DNA of 64,000 nucleotides from Chloroflexota bacterium (GTDB lineage: Bacteria > Chloroflexota > Limnocylindria > Limnocylindrales > CSP1-4). Positions 1 through 10,161 of this stretch are shown here, piece after piece (position 1 is the first letter of the stretch; each line of letters begins with the position of its first letter). The stretch is taken from the NCBI GenBank assembly GCA_030447745.1, contig JAUJOH010000010.1, positions 35,374 to 99,373 on the forward strand, read 5' to 3'. Both the position numbers and the translations under genes were made by a program. The notes beneath the pieces were generated by a model. It was not told where the DNA came from. It worked only from the letters and a program-made list of their open reading frames with translations, and did no database searches.

Positions 1-231
1 ATGCGCGCGGATCACGACGGCGGCGCCGTGATCGACATGGTCGAGCGATTCCACGGTCCGGACGCCGAGCGCCGCCAGGTCCCGGACCACGCCCTCGTTG
101 TGCACGTTCTGCCCGAGGGTATGCGTCAGCTTGCCCGCGGCAGCCGACTCCTTGGCCTTGTCGATGGCCTCGCGCACGCCGTAGCAGAAGCCCGTTCGCC
201 TGGCCATCTGGATCGTCTGAACCGTTCCCAT
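1..231 (-). CDS. ispH: 4-hydroxy-3-methylbut-2-enyl diphosphate reductase (5' part; runs off window)
   Basis: Own translation: MGTVQTIQMARRTGFCYGVREAI...LGQNVHNEGVV...VVIRAH, containing the IspH GFCxGV, HN and IRAH motifs. Not in the supplied ORF track. Confidence 0.93.
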   Translation of the reverse strand, partial: MGTVQTIQMARRTGFCYGVREAIDKAKESAAAGKLTHTLGQNVHNEGVVRDLAALGVRTVESLDHVDHGAAVVIRAH

Positions 232-297
232 GTCACGACAAGTATCGCACGGGGTCGTCCGGAGGCCGCCCGGCCCGTCGGGTCCGCGGCGCATCTG

Positions 298-1839
298 TCA
301 CCGGACCGCCTCGAGGTCGCGGCGGCCGCCCCGTGGTCGGGTGCCGGAACCCGGCCTCGCCGCGTCCTCGCCGGCGTGGGCGGCGTACGTTCCCCGCTGG
401 CGCGGCGGGAGCAGCGCCGCGATGCGGCCCATCAGGCGCACCGTCGCCGCGCCCTTCGCCGCTCGGCCGCGCCGGGCGGGGGCGCCGTCGTCCGCGAGGA
501 GGAAGGGCTCGCCGATCCGGAGAGTGATCCGTCCGCCGGGCCTCGGCAGCAGCTGGCCGCGCGGCCACCGGAGATCGCTGTCGACGACGGCAAGCGGCAC
601 GATCGGCGCCCGCGTCCGCAACGCGAGCATGGCCAGACCGTCCTTCGCCGGCTGGAGCGCACCGTCCGAGCTCCGCGTTCCCTCCGGAAAGACCATCAGG
701 AGGTGCCCTTCCTCGAGGATCCGCTGAGCGAGCCGGAAGGCCTCGAGATCCGCGGTCGACCGGTCAACCGGATGGACGCCGCCGCTGCGCCCCATCCAGC
801 CGATGATCGGCCAGTCGAAGAGCTCCTTCTTGCCGAGCCAGTGGATCCGGCGTCCGAGCTGCGGCGTCAGCCACGCACCGATGACGACCGGGTCGGCGTT
901 CGAGGCATGGTTGGCGGCGAGGATCACCGGGCCGCGGCGCGGGATCGCGCGCAGATCACCTTCGATGGTGACGCGCGTCACGGCGCGGGTGATGAGGCGC
1001 GCGGCCGCTGCGACCAGCCGGATGAGCGGCGTCAGGTGGCCTTCGATGGGCTCCGGGCGCGGCCGCACGTCGCCCGCGAGGGCCCTGGCGGTCGGCGTCG
1101 TGCCGGCGGACGGCGTCCCGGCGCTCCGTGCCGCCTCCGCGGAGCGGATCGCGTCAACGACGAGCTCGACGGTCTCCTCGAACCGGTTGCCGTCCGTCAC
1201 GAGAACCCGGGCGTCGTCGGCGGGGCGAAGCGGCGCGACCGCACGCGAGCTGTCGAGCTCATCGCGGCGACGAAGCTCGGCGAGGATATCGCGCCCCTCG
1301 GCACGATCCGGGTTGACGCGGCGTTCCTCGGCCCGACGACGAGCTCGCTCGGCGACCGAGGCACTGAGGAACAGCTTGAGATCCGCGTCGGGGAGGACGA
1401 CCGTCCCGATGTCGCGACCGGCCATGATGATCCGGCCGGGCGCCGCAATCCGGCGCTGCCGGTCGAGGAGTGCCGCGCGTAGCTCCGGCACGCGGGAGAC
1501 GGCCGAGACCGCGGCGTCCACGTCGGGTCCGCGGACCTCCTTCGTCACGTCCCGGCCGTCGACGAGTACGCGGGCGAGGCGCCCCTCGGCGTCCGCTGCG
1601 AGCTCGACGTCGTCGACGAGCGCCACGAGGGCCTCGACGCCGGTGTCGCCGACGCCGCGATGGAGTGACAGCCAGGTCGCGGCCCGGTACAGCAGCCCGG
1701 TGTCGCAGAAGCGGTAGCCCAGCTCGAGCGCCGCCGCGGCACCGACGCTGCTCTTGCCGGACGAGCCCGGGCCGTCGAGGGCGACGACCAGACCGGGACG
1801 CGTCTCGGGAGCGGAAGCGGGAGCGGCGACAGCGGGCAT
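298..1839 (-). CDS. cmk: Cytidylate kinase fused to a PlsC-type lysophospholipid acyltransferase
   Basis: N-half: VALDGPGSSGKSSV, DTGLLYRA, GRDIGTVVLPDADLK, RRDELDSSR. C-half: NHASNAD and FPEGTRS. ATG at 1839 follows a TATCCT hexamer. Confidence 0.9.
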   Translation of the reverse strand: MPAVAAPASAPETRPGLVVALDGPGSSGKSSVGAAAALELGYRFCDTGLLYRAATWLSLHRGVGDTGVEALVALVDDVELAADAEGRLARVLVDGRDVTKEVRGPDVDAAVSAVSRVPELRAALLDRQRRIAAPGRIIMAGRDIGTVVLPDADLKLFLSASVAERARRRAEERRVNPDRAEGRDILAELRRRDELDSSRAVAPLRPADDARVLVTDGNRFEETVELVVDAIRSAEAARSAGTPSAGTTPTARALAGDVRPRPEPIEGHLTPLIRLVAAAARLITRAVTRVTIEGDLRAIPRRGPVILAANHASNADPVVIGAWLTPQLGRRIHWLGKKELFDWPIIGWMGRSGGVHPVDRSTADLEAFRLAQRILEEGHLLMVFPEGTRSSDGALQPAKDGLAMLALRTRAPIVPLAVVDSDLRWPRGQLLPRPGGRITLRIGEPFLLADDGAPARRGRAAKGAATVRLMGRIAALLPPRQRGTYAAHAGEDAARPGSGTRPRGGRRDLEAVR

Positions 1840-1846
1840 CGGCGCG

Positions 1847-1852
1847 AGGATA
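1847..1852 (-). promoter_or_regulatory. -10 box (TATCCT) 7 nt before the cmk ATG
   Basis: Leaderless-type spacing, no SD. Confidence 0.55.
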
Positions 1853-1873
1853 GCGGCGCGGCGCGGGCTGTGG

Positions 1874-2690
1874 TCAGCGGCGCGGCGGCCGCCGTGGGCC
1901 CGGACCGCGCGGTCCGAGGGAGCCGGCACCGAGCTGGCGGATCTCATCCGCTCGCAGGCGGCGGGCACGACCGCTCGGCAGCGTGTCATCCAGCCGGACA
2001 GAGCCGATCCGGACGCGGACGAGTCGCTCGATCGGGCTCGCGACCGCCGCGAACATCCGGCGCAGCTTGCCGCTTCCAGCCCTGCCCGAGCACGGCGCGA
2101 TACCACGTCAAACCCTGCGCCGGCGGGTCGAGCAGTGCCTCGAGCCGCCGCGTCTCCGCGCCGGTGGAGCGTCGGAGGGGCTGGGCCAGCCGGGCGAGCC
2201 CCTCCTCGAGGCGGACGCCGCGGATCAGCTCGGTCACCTGGTCCTCGGTCAGCGGCTCGCGCAGCCCGACCGCGTACTCGCGCTCGACCCCGAACCGCGG
2301 GTGGAGCACGCGCTCGGCCCACTCGCCGTCGTTCGTCAGCAGCAGCAGCCCTTCCGAGTCCTGGTCGAGCCGACCGACGGGATAGACGCGGGCGCCGTCC
2401 GGCACCAGCGCGGTCGGCACGAGCTCGAGCACGGTCCAGTCGGCGTGCCGGTCGCGGACGGTGGATGTCACACCGGCCGGCTTGTGCAGGGCGAGGTGCA
2501 CCGGTGTTGCCGCCGACCCGATCGGGCGCCCGTCGACCTCGATGAGCGCCGTGGCCGGGTCGGCCTGGTCGCCGAGCCGGGCCGGCCGGCCGTCGACGGT
2601 GACGCGGCCGCCCGCGATGAGCGCCTCGCTCGCGCGGCGGGACGCGACGCCGGCCGACGCAAGCACCTTCTGGAGCCGCTCGGCGGGCAT
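1874..2690 (-). CDS. rluB: rRNA pseudouridine synthase (RluB/RsuA family), frameshift near 2065
   Basis: ERLQKVLASAGVASRR S4 domain, PVGRLDQDSEGLLLLTNDG. The C-terminus (RMFAAV...LVRVRIG) continues in another frame. Lies downstream of scpB. Confidence 0.88.
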
Positions 2691-3379
2691 CAGTCCGCCT
2701 CCGAGGCGGCGCCCTCGAGGCCATCCGCCTCCTGGACCACCGCGAGCTCCCGGGCGCCCTCGTCCGCGAGCCGTGCCGCCACGTCCACGTCGAGCGGCGG
2801 CAGCTCCTCGAGGCTCGTCAGGCCGAACCGCTCGAGGAACTCGAACCCGGTCCCGTAGAGGAACGGGCGGCCCGGGGCGTCGGCGCGCCCAAGCTCCGCG
2901 ATCAGCCGACGATGAAGCAGCGACCGGATGGTGTAGTCGGAGTCCACTCCGCGGATGCGCTCGACGGCGGCCCGGGTGACCGGCTGGCGGTAAGCCACGA
3001 TCGCGAGCGTCTCCAGGGCAGCCGGCGACAGGCGGATGGCATCGACCCCGACGTAGCGGGCGACGAGGGCCCCGGCCTCCGGCGCAGTCACCAGCTCCAC
3101 GCGATCGCCGGAGGTCACGAGCCGGACGCCGCGCCCGCGGAGCGTGACCTCGAGATCACCGAGCCGGGCGTCGACCGCCGCCCGATCGACCGCCGCCAGC
3201 GTCGCGATCTCGCGCCGGGCCAGGGGACGCTCCGCCACGAACAGGAGTGCCTCGAGCGCCGTCTCCGTCAGCTCGGCGGGCGGCGCCGGCGCGCCGACTG
3301 CGACTTCCGTCCCCGGCTCCGCCGTCGTACCGGTGTCGGGGGTCTCGGGCAGGTGGCCGTTCACGAGATCGTCTGTCAA
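2690..3379 (-). CDS. scpB: SMC-Scp complex subunit ScpB
   Basis: LEALLFVA, LSPAALETLAIVAYRQPVTR, IRGVDS, GRPFLYGT..FLERFGL.SLEELP. TTG start overlaps the scpA stop. Confidence 0.93.
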   Translation of the reverse strand: MTDDLVNGHLPETPDTGTTAEPGTEVAVGAPAPPAELTETALEALLFVAERPLARREIATLAAVDRAAVDARLGDLEVTLRGRGVRLVTSGDRVELVTAPEAGALVARYVGVDAIRLSPAALETLAIVAYRQPVTRAAVERIRGVDSDYTIRSLLHRRLIAELGRADAPGRPFLYGTGFEFLERFGLTSLEELPPLDVDVAARLADEGARELAVVQEADGLEGAASEAD

Positions 3380-4308
3380 GCGAACGACTCCAGCGACTCG
3401 TCGATCGGCGTGTCGCCCAGGTCGTCCGCGTCGCCGGGGAGGCCCGATGCCGCGCGCTCCTCCGCGGTCGTGCGGCGGGCCAGGATCGGCCCCCACGGCT
3501 CGGCCTGCTCGACCACGATCTCGCGCCGCTTCATCAGCTCGAGCATGGCGAGGAACGTGATCGCCACGACGGCGCGGTCCCGTACCCCGCGCAGCAGCTC
3601 CTGGAGCACGACGACATCCGCGTCCCGGAGCGCGGCCCGGATGACCGCCGCTCGGTCCGCCAGCCGGATCGTCCGTGGGAGGACCTCCGGCGGCGGCTGC
3701 GGCGGCAGGGCGAGGCGGAGCAGCCCGGTCAACGAGGCGCCAAGGATGGCCGGATCCTGTGCCGGCACCTCCGCCGGTCGCGCGCGGGCGAGCGCGGCGG
3801 CGTGGGCGGCGGACGGCTCGCGGCGGAACAGTCCGATCCGTTCCGCCGCCCCGCGCTGGAGCTCCCGGCCAGCGTCGCGATGCGCCCGGTAGAGGAGCAG
3901 TCGCGCCCGCAGCTCGGCCTCCGGGTCCGGACCCTCGTCCGGGACGCTCCCGGCCGCGACGACCGGCCGGGAGGGCAGCATCGCCCGGCTCTTGATCAGG
4001 ATCAGCTGGCTGGCGACCGCGACGAACGAGCTGACGTTCCCGATCCGGTCGGCGTGGAGCCCGGCGAGCGCGTCGAGGTACGCGTCCGCGAGCGCGCCCA
4101 GGGGCACCGTCAGGACGTCGAGCTCGCGTGCCTCGATGAGCGCGAGCAGCATCGCCAGCGGGCCCTCGAACGCCTCCAGCTGGACCCGCGTCGCCGCCTC
4201 GGGGCGGCGGCCCTCGCCGAAGACGACGGTCGGCGCGACCGCGGCGCCCGAAACGTCCGACGGTCGGGCGGTGGAGGTCGCGACGTCCGCCGTCACGTCA
4301 GCTCGCAT
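3376..4308 (-). CDS. scpA: Segregation/condensation protein ScpA
   Basis: FEGPLAMLLALI, SQLILIKSRAMLP, TFLAMLELMK, EQAEPWGPI. Exact start uncertain. Confidence 0.92.
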   Translation of the reverse strand: MRADVTADVATSTARPSDVSGAAVAPTVVFGEGRRPEAATRVQLEAFEGPLAMLLALIEARELDVLTVPLGALADAYLDALAGLHADRIGNVSSFVAVASQLILIKSRAMLPSRPVVAAGSVPDEGPDPEAELRARLLLYRAHRDAGRELQRGAAERIGLFRREPSAAHAAALARARPAEVPAQDPAILGASLTGLLRLALPPQPPPEVLPRTIRLADRAAVIRAALRDADVVVLQELLRGVRDRAVVAITFLAMLELMKRREIVVEQAEPWGPILARRTTAEERAASGLPGDADDLGDTPIDESLESFA

Positions 4309-4804
4309 CGTCCGCCAGCCGCAACAGCTGACCGAATTCGGCGTCGCGGGGTGCGTCCTGGTGTCGGATCAGGTCCACCGTGCGGGGGCCGCAACCGGCG
4401 ACCTCCGCGAGACGCGCCGAGACTTCGGCGTGGTGGCGGAGCCGATCGAGGTGGGCCGCCATGCCGGGCACCACGCCCGCGACCTGCAACGCCCGTGGAC
4501 CGAATGCCTCGCCGAGCGACCACGCGACCCTCGGCCAGAGGCCGGTCGCGCCCTTGCCGGCGTCGTGGAGCAGCCCGGCGAGGAGCACGTCGCGCTCGGT
4601 GACCCCCTCGGCGCGAAGCGCTGCGACGACGTCGAGCCCGTGGCGGCGATCGGCGACGTGCATACCGTCGAAGAGCGCGAGCTGGGCCGGGGTCAGCCAG
4701 GTGGCCAGGCGGTTCCGCTCGTCGGCGCGGACGCGTGCCCGGACGTGGCGGAGGAACTGGCGGGTCCTGGCAGCCCACCAGGCCGCCTGCGATCGAGCCG
4801 TCAC
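4298..4804 (-). CDS. HD-domain phosphohydrolase-like protein
   Basis: DRRHGLDV...AGLLHDAGKG...HHAE...LADD. GTG start overlaps the stop of the upstream gene. Confidence 0.75.
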   Translation of the reverse strand: MTARSQAAWWAARTRQFLRHVRARVRADERNRLATWLTPAQLALFDGMHVADRRHGLDVVAALRAEGVTERDVLLAGLLHDAGKGATGLWPRVAWSLGEAFGPRALQVAGVVPGMAAHLDRLRHHAEVSARLAEVAGCGPRTVDLIRHQDAPRDAEFGQLLRLADDAS

Positions 4805-5457
4805 AGGAGGCCGAATTGACGTCCCACGAGGAGCTCGAAGAGCGGGAACCCGACCTCGCTGAACACGACGCCCACGACCGTCTGGCGCCCAGGCAGGATG
4901 GGCAGGAACACGGCCGCGAACAGGATCAGGAACCCGTACTGCTCCAGGACCGGGCGGACCCGGTACTCCGTCTCGCGGTCGAGCGCTGCGAACAGCACCT
5001 TCGACCCGTCGAGCGGTGGGATCGGGACGAGGTTGAAGATGAAAAGCGCGATGTTGATGAACACGAGGAGCGCAAGGGTGTTGTGCGCGATGTCTGGCAC
5101 GTCCATCCGGGTCGTGACGATGTACCGGAGCGGCAGTGCGGCTGCGGTGGCGAGGATCAGGTTGGACAGCGGTCCGGCCGCGGCGACGAGCGCCTCGCCC
5201 CTCCGCCCGCCCCGGAGGTTGAACGGGTTGACCGGTGTCGGTTTCGCCCAGCCGAACCCGGCCAGGGCGAGGAGCAGGGCGCCCATCGGATCGAAATGAG
5301 CGCGCGGATCGATCGTCAGTCGCCCGAACAGCCGGGCGGTGGAGTCGCCCAGCTGGAACGCCGCCATGGCGTGCGCGAACTCGTGGATCGGAAAGGCCAC
5401 GAGGATGATGACGCCGAGCACGATGAAGAGCTCGATGGACGGGTTGAGCAGGATCAC
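4801..5457 (-). CDS. Site-2 protease family (M50) membrane metalloprotease
   Basis: HEFAH, AAGPLSN and FNLVPIPPLDG motifs. Confidence 0.92.
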   Translation of the reverse strand: MILLNPSIELFIVLGVIILVAFPIHEFAHAMAAFQLGDSTARLFGRLTIDPRAHFDPMGALLLALAGFGWAKPTPVNPFNLRGGRRGEALVAAAGPLSNLILATAAALPLRYIVTTRMDVPDIAHNTLALLVFINIALFIFNLVPIPPLDGSKVLFAALDRETEYRVRPVLEQYGFLILFAAVFLPILPGRQTVVGVVFSEVGFPLFELLVGRQFGLL

Positions 5458-5508
5458 ACGGTGCTCCGGGAGGTGTCGGGACGTCGCTATCGTACCGGCG
5501 CGTCGGGG

Positions 5509-6270
5509 TCAGAGCCGCCCCAGCAGCTCCGACTTCTTGGCGTCGTACTCCTCGGTGCTGATCGCGCCGCGATCGCGCAGGTCGGCGAGCGAACCGAGCG
5601 CGCGGGTCACCTCGTCCGCGCTCATCGCCCGGACACCGGCGCCGCCCGAGGCGCCACGGGAGGCACCATCGGAGCCGGTGCCCGCGTGGGCGGCCGCCAC
5701 GACCGGCTCCGTCACGTGGCCGCCGCCCGGCGTCGCGCGGATCGGCGGCGAGGGCAGCGGCCGGCTGACCTCGCCTTCGAGCTCGTGCTTCTGGTTGAGC
5801 ATCTCCCGCTTGAACACCGGTGCCTTGTCGAGCATCCGGTAGCGGTCGATCGCGGTGTCCGCCGCGGTCAGGATGTCGAGGTCGCCGTAGTTGAGCATGC
5901 GGCCGAACAGGTTCTGGTCGAGGACCGCGTCGTTGATCTTCTCGAGCGAGCTGTCGCCGGACCGCTTGTTGATGATCCCCTCGACCTTCAGGACGCGCCG
6001 GTTCGTGATCATGTAGTCCTGCGACCACCAGCCGAGGTAGACCTTGCCCAGCCACAGGAGCGCGATGACGATGGCGGCGAGGATGGCGTACCCGGCGACG
6101 TCGCGGACCGGTCCCGGGTCGAGGTTGGTCTGGACGACGAGCAGGACCAGGCCGGCGACGAACAGGAGCCACGCGTAGCGGGCCTCCAGGACCGGCCAGA
6201 GCCAGTGCTGGCGCGTGCGCATGATGACCTGCTCCCCGTCGGCGAGGAGCCTGTCGGCGTAGCGTGGCAT
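5509..6270 (-). CDS. Membrane protein with a bacterial PH domain and a C-terminal SHOCT domain
   Basis: Two TM helices, YMITNRRVLKVEGII...GRMLNYGDL (bPH_2-like), LADLRDRGAISTEEYDAKKSELL (SHOCT). Confidence 0.8.
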   Translation of the reverse strand: MPRYADRLLADGEQVIMRTRQHWLWPVLEARYAWLLFVAGLVLLVVQTNLDPGPVRDVAGYAILAAIVIALLWLGKVYLGWWSQDYMITNRRVLKVEGIINKRSGDSSLEKINDAVLDQNLFGRMLNYGDLDILTAADTAIDRYRMLDKAPVFKREMLNQKHELEGEVSRPLPSPPIRATPGGGHVTEPVVAAAHAGTGSDGASRGASGGAGVRAMSADEVTRALGSLADLRDRGAISTEEYDAKKSELLGRL

Positions 6271-6286
6271 CCCTGGGTGAGCCTCC

Positions 6287-7255
6287 TCAGGCCCGCGGGT
6301 GGGCGCGGGCGTACACCGATCGGATCCGCTCTCCCGTGACGTGGGTGTAGAGCTGCGTGGTGCTGATACTCGCATGCCCGAGCAACTCCTGGACGATCCG
6401 GAGGTCCGCCCCGCCGTCGAGCAGGTGGGTGGCGAAGGAGTGCCGCAGCGTGTGGGGGCTGACCCGGTCGGCGAGGCCCGCCCGCGCGGCGGCGGCCTTG
6501 ACCACCGCCCACGCCTGCTGGCGCGCGAGCCGCCGGCCACGGTCGCCGAGGAAGAGCGGACCGCCCCGCTGGAGCAGCACATGGTGTTGCGCGAGCAGCA
6601 CCGGACGAGCTTCGCCCAGCCACCGATCGAGCCACGCGAGCGCCACGTCGCCCACCGGCACGAGTCGCTCGCGGTCGCCCTTCCCGACGACGCGGACGAA
6701 GCCGCCGTCGAGCGAGAGGTGCTCGCGGTCGAGGCGCAGCGCCTCGCTGACCCGCAACCCGGCGGCGTACAGGAGCTCGAGCATGGCGCGCGCCCGGATC
6801 GCTGCCCCGGGCGGTTCTTCCGGGCGGGCCGCGGCCTCGAGCAGCCGCTCGACCTCCTCGACCGTCAGCGTTTCCGGCAGGAGTCGGGTCTGGCGCGGAA
6901 GGTCCAGCCGCGACGCCACGTCCACGCCGATGATCGCCTCGCCGAACGCGAACCGGTAGAAGCCGCGGATCGCGGCCGTGCGCCGCCGCAGGCTCGTGGG
7001 CGCGAGCCCGCGCGACCCGGCGAGGCCACGCTTCGTCTGTCCAGCGAGGTAGGCCGTCGCCGCCTCCGGCGACGCGTCCCACCCGGGGCCGGTGCGCCGC
7101 GCGCCGAGGACGGCCGCGAAGTCGCGCAGATCCGTGGCGTACGCCGCGATCGTCGCCGGGGACAAGCCCCGCTCGACGCGCAGACACACGAGGTAGTCCG
7201 CGATCGCGCGGTCGAGCGCGGGTGTGGACGCGACGGGCGCCACGTGCGACGTCAT
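6287..7255 (-). CDS. xerD: Tyrosine recombinase XerD
   Basis: ERGLSPATIAAY, LYAAGLRVSE, GKGDRERLVP, HTLRHSFATHLL, LLGHASISTTQLYTH. Confidence 0.88.
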   Translation of the reverse strand: MTSHVAPVASTPALDRAIADYLVCLRVERGLSPATIAAYATDLRDFAAVLGARRTGPGWDASPEAATAYLAGQTKRGLAGSRGLAPTSLRRRTAAIRGFYRFAFGEAIIGVDVASRLDLPRQTRLLPETLTVEEVERLLEAAARPEEPPGAAIRARAMLELLYAAGLRVSEALRLDREHLSLDGGFVRVVGKGDRERLVPVGDVALAWLDRWLGEARPVLLAQHHVLLQRGGPLFLGDRGRRLARQQAWAVVKAAAARAGLADRVSPHTLRHSFATHLLDGGADLRIVQELLGHASISTTQLYTHVTGERIRSVYARAHPRA

Positions 7256-7322
7256 ACGGTCGGCCGCGACGGGTCGCGGCGGCCGAGGCGCTCGGCCACC
7301 GTGATCCCTAGGACTGTCATCG

Positions 7323-8168
7323 CTACGACGGGAGGAGCTCGATCTTCTGCCGGACCAGGTCCCAGAACGGCTGGGCTCCCGCCGGCTCGATCAGGCGGAT
7401 CGGCCGGTCGACCGCCTGGACCTCCACGACGTCCCCCACCTCGAGCGGCAGATCCTCGCGCCCGTCGATGCTGATCAGCGCCTCGTGCGCGTCGACGACA
7501 CGGCACCGGACGACCTGCTCCGGCCCCACCACGACGGACCGGATCGCCGACAGATACCCGGCGATGGGCGTGACGACCAGGTTGCGCGCCGACGGGTCGA
7601 CGATCGGGCCACCGGCCGAGAAGGAGTAGCCGGTCGAGCCGGTGGGGCTGGCGACGACGAGGCCGTCCGCGATGAACGTCGCGAGATGGCTGCGCCCGAT
7701 CGTCACGTCGAGCCGGCACACGCGCGCGAGCGCACCCCGCGCGACGACGACGTCGTTGAGCGCCGTGTGGAAGACGCCGCCGCCGTCGCGCCCGCCGGGC
7801 AGGATCCGGGCGGAGAGCGTCATCCGCTCCGCGAGCGAGAAGCGGCCGCCGGCCAGCTTGTCCAGGACACCCTCGAGCTCCTCTGCCTCGGCCTTCGAGA
7901 GGAACCCGACCTTGCCGAGGTTGATCCCGAGCAGGGGCACGTCGACCGTCGCGACGGCTCGGGCCGCACGAAGGAACGTGCCGTCGCCGCCCAGGACGAC
8001 GAGCAGGTCCGTCGTCGGGAGGTGGCCCGTGAGCGCGTCGAAGTCACCGGCCTGCGCGGACCAGTGGTCGATCCCGCGCCGGCGGCACCAGCCGGCGGCG
8101 CGCTCACCGAGGTCGACGGCCGCCTCGTTCGTCGGGTTGTAGGCGAAGCCGAGCCGGTGCACGGTCAC
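7323..8168 (-). CDS. nadK: NAD kinase
   Basis: LGGDGTFL, GINLGKVGFL, ALND, ADGLVVASPTGSTGYSFSAGGP. Confidence 0.93.
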   Translation of the reverse strand: MTVHRLGFAYNPTNEAAVDLGERAAGWCRRRGIDHWSAQAGDFDALTGHLPTTDLLVVLGGDGTFLRAARAVATVDVPLLGINLGKVGFLSKAEAEELEGVLDKLAGGRFSLAERMTLSARILPGGRDGGGVFHTALNDVVVARGALARVCRLDVTIGRSHLATFIADGLVVASPTGSTGYSFSAGGPIVDPSARNLVVTPIAGYLSAIRSVVVGPEQVVRCRVVDAHEALISIDGREDLPLEVGDVVEVQAVDRPIRLIEPAGAQPFWDLVRQKIELLPS

Positions 8169-8980
8169 CCCCCGGTCGCCGCGGCCAGGCACGCCTCGAG
8201 ATCCGGCATTCCGGCGCCGGTCGCGAACCAGGCCAGGAACTCGCGGTTCCCCTCGGGACCGAGGATCGGCGACGGGATGACGCCGCGGGTGCTGAGGCCG
8301 ATCCCGTCGGCCTGCCCCACCACCCTGTCGAGCACCGCCCGGTGCGCCGCGGGGTCGCGGACGACCCCGCCCCGGGCCTCGCCCCTGCCAACCTCGAACT
8401 GGGGCTTGACCAGGACGACGATCCGGACCGCGTTCTCGCGGAACGTCGACGCGATCGGCGCGAGCACGAGCCCGAGCGAGATGAACGACACGTCGACGAC
8501 GGCGAGATCGATCGGCTCGGGCAGCGTCTGCGCGGTCAGTCCCCGCGCGTTCACGCGCTCCATCGAGATGACCCGTTCGTGGCGGCGGAGCGCTTCCGCG
8601 AGCTGGCCGCGGCCCACGTCGACGGCATAGACGCGAGCGGCGCCCCGCTGGAGCAGCACATCCGTGAACCCGCCGGTCGAGGCGCCAACGTCCAGGCAGG
8701 TCCAGCCGACGGGTTCGATGCCGAACGCGTCGAGCGCGGCCGCCAGCTTGTGCCCGCCTCGCGAGACGTACGGCTCGCGCTCCACGACGGTGACCGACGT
8801 CCCGGCCTCGAGCAGGTCGCCCGGCTTCCGATCGGTCCGCGCGCCGTCGCCCTCGCCGACCCGCACCTTGCCGGCCAGCACGAGGGCCTGCGCCCGAGCC
8901 CGCGACTCGACCAGCCCGCGCTCTACGAGGAGCTGGTCCAGGCGCTGGCGTGACGGTCTCGGTGTGCTCGCCCGGCTCAC
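8165..8980 (-). CDS. tlyA: TlyA family rRNA 2'-O-methyltransferase
   Basis: RLDQLLV S4 domain, YVSRGGHKL, LDVGASTGGFT, DVSFISL, VKPQFE, GNREF. Confidence 0.93.
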   Translation of the reverse strand: MSRASTPRPSRQRLDQLLVERGLVESRARAQALVLAGKVRVGEGDGARTDRKPGDLLEAGTSVTVVEREPYVSRGGHKLAAALDAFGIEPVGWTCLDVGASTGGFTDVLLQRGAARVYAVDVGRGQLAEALRRHERVISMERVNARGLTAQTLPEPIDLAVVDVSFISLGLVLAPIASTFRENAVRIVVLVKPQFEVGRGEARGGVVRDPAAHRAVLDRVVGQADGIGLSTRGVIPSPILGPEGNREFLAWFATGAGMPDLEACLAAATGG

Positions 8981-9092
8981 GCGGCTATCGTGGCACACCG
9001 GCCTCGCCGCGGCCGGTCCCGCGGCCGGCCGTACCGGCCCTCAGGCTGGCGGTGCGCCGTTGCCATCGGCACGATCCTCATCCCAACACTCG

Positions 9093-9527
9093 TCACGCAT
9101 CGCCGCCCCTCCGCTCGAGGAGCGCCCGCAGCTTCGGCGTCTCGTTGTGCGCGATCGCCGCGATCCGGAAGCCGTCGCCGAGGTCCGCCAGCGTGTACGT
9201 CGCGTCGAAGTCGTACAGGGCTCGTTCCTCGCCGCCGATCAGCTGCCACCGGACATCCACCTGCGCGAGCCGCTCGGTCAGCGCGGTCACGTGTTGCTCG
9301 AGGACGGCGGCCGACCGGACGCCGATCCGTCGGTAACCGGCGAGGAGCCGATCGACCTGCGGGAGCCACGCGTCGCGCGTCGCCACGGTGGCGCTGGTCA
9401 CCTCGCCGACGTCGCTCGTGACGTGGCACGGGTAGGCGAACAGGTCCGCCACCCCAGGCGCATCGTAGGCCTCGAACCGCGCCCGATGCGCGTCGAAGAA
9501 GCGCTGAATCCCGGAGTGCTCCATCAT
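9093..9527 (-). CDS. Hypothetical protein, probable NTF2/SnoaL-like fold
   Basis: FFDAHRARFEAYDAPGVADLFAYP...VDVRWQL...ATYTL...FRIAAIAH; coding-like codon usage. Confidence 0.6.
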   Translation of the reverse strand: MMEHSGIQRFFDAHRARFEAYDAPGVADLFAYPCHVTSDVGEVTSATVATRDAWLPQVDRLLAGYRRIGVRSAAVLEQHVTALTERLAQVDVRWQLIGGEERALYDFDATYTLADLGDGFRIAAIAHNETPKLRALLERRGGDA

Positions 9528-9734
9528 CGATCGCTCCGCTTGTCGGGTCGTGCTCGCCGCTCCGTCGGCCGGCCCGGCGACGCCATTTGTCAGTGTCCGC
9601 CGCGCGCTGGAGTCCATGCCCGCCGACGAGCGGAACCCCAATCATCCGGCCCGTCGAGCGGCCTTTGGCCGGTCCGGGCGGACCCAACGCGGCGGTGGGA
9701 GCGTCGCCGGCGCCCTGTGCGTGCCACCGTCCAC

Positions 9735-10161
9735 TCACCGCGTGTCGCGGACGGTGGCACCCCACGATGCGGGATCCACGTCGGCGATCGACTCAGAGAA
9801 GGTCCAGCGGTGACCGCCGGGTCTTCCGCGACGTACTGCCGCTCGCCGTAGGGGTCGTCGATCGGCGGATCGAGGATGCGCGCTCCGGCGCGGACCGCCT
9901 GCTCGTGGTGCGCTCGTGCGTCGGTGACGCGGACATGGACCGAGTGCGTCGCGAAGCCGCCTGGGCGGACGTGCGGTGTGTCGGGCAGCCGCGTCACGAT
10001 GATGGCACCGTCACCGATCACCAGCTGGGCCCGGTGGCCCCCGATCCGAAGTCGCTCGGTGAAGCCGAACACCGGGCAGAGCCAGTCGGCTGCCTCGGCG
10101 ACGTCGGCGTACGCGAGCACCGGGATGACCACGCTCCGGGAACGGAGCGGTTCGTGATCAC
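9735..10161 (-). CDS. VOC/glyoxalase family protein (two apparent frameshifts)
   Basis: Across three frames: MITNRSVP / VIPVLAYADV..AADWL..FGF.ERLRIGGHRAQL...PYGERQY / DPGGHRWTFSESIADVDP. Confidence 0.75.
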
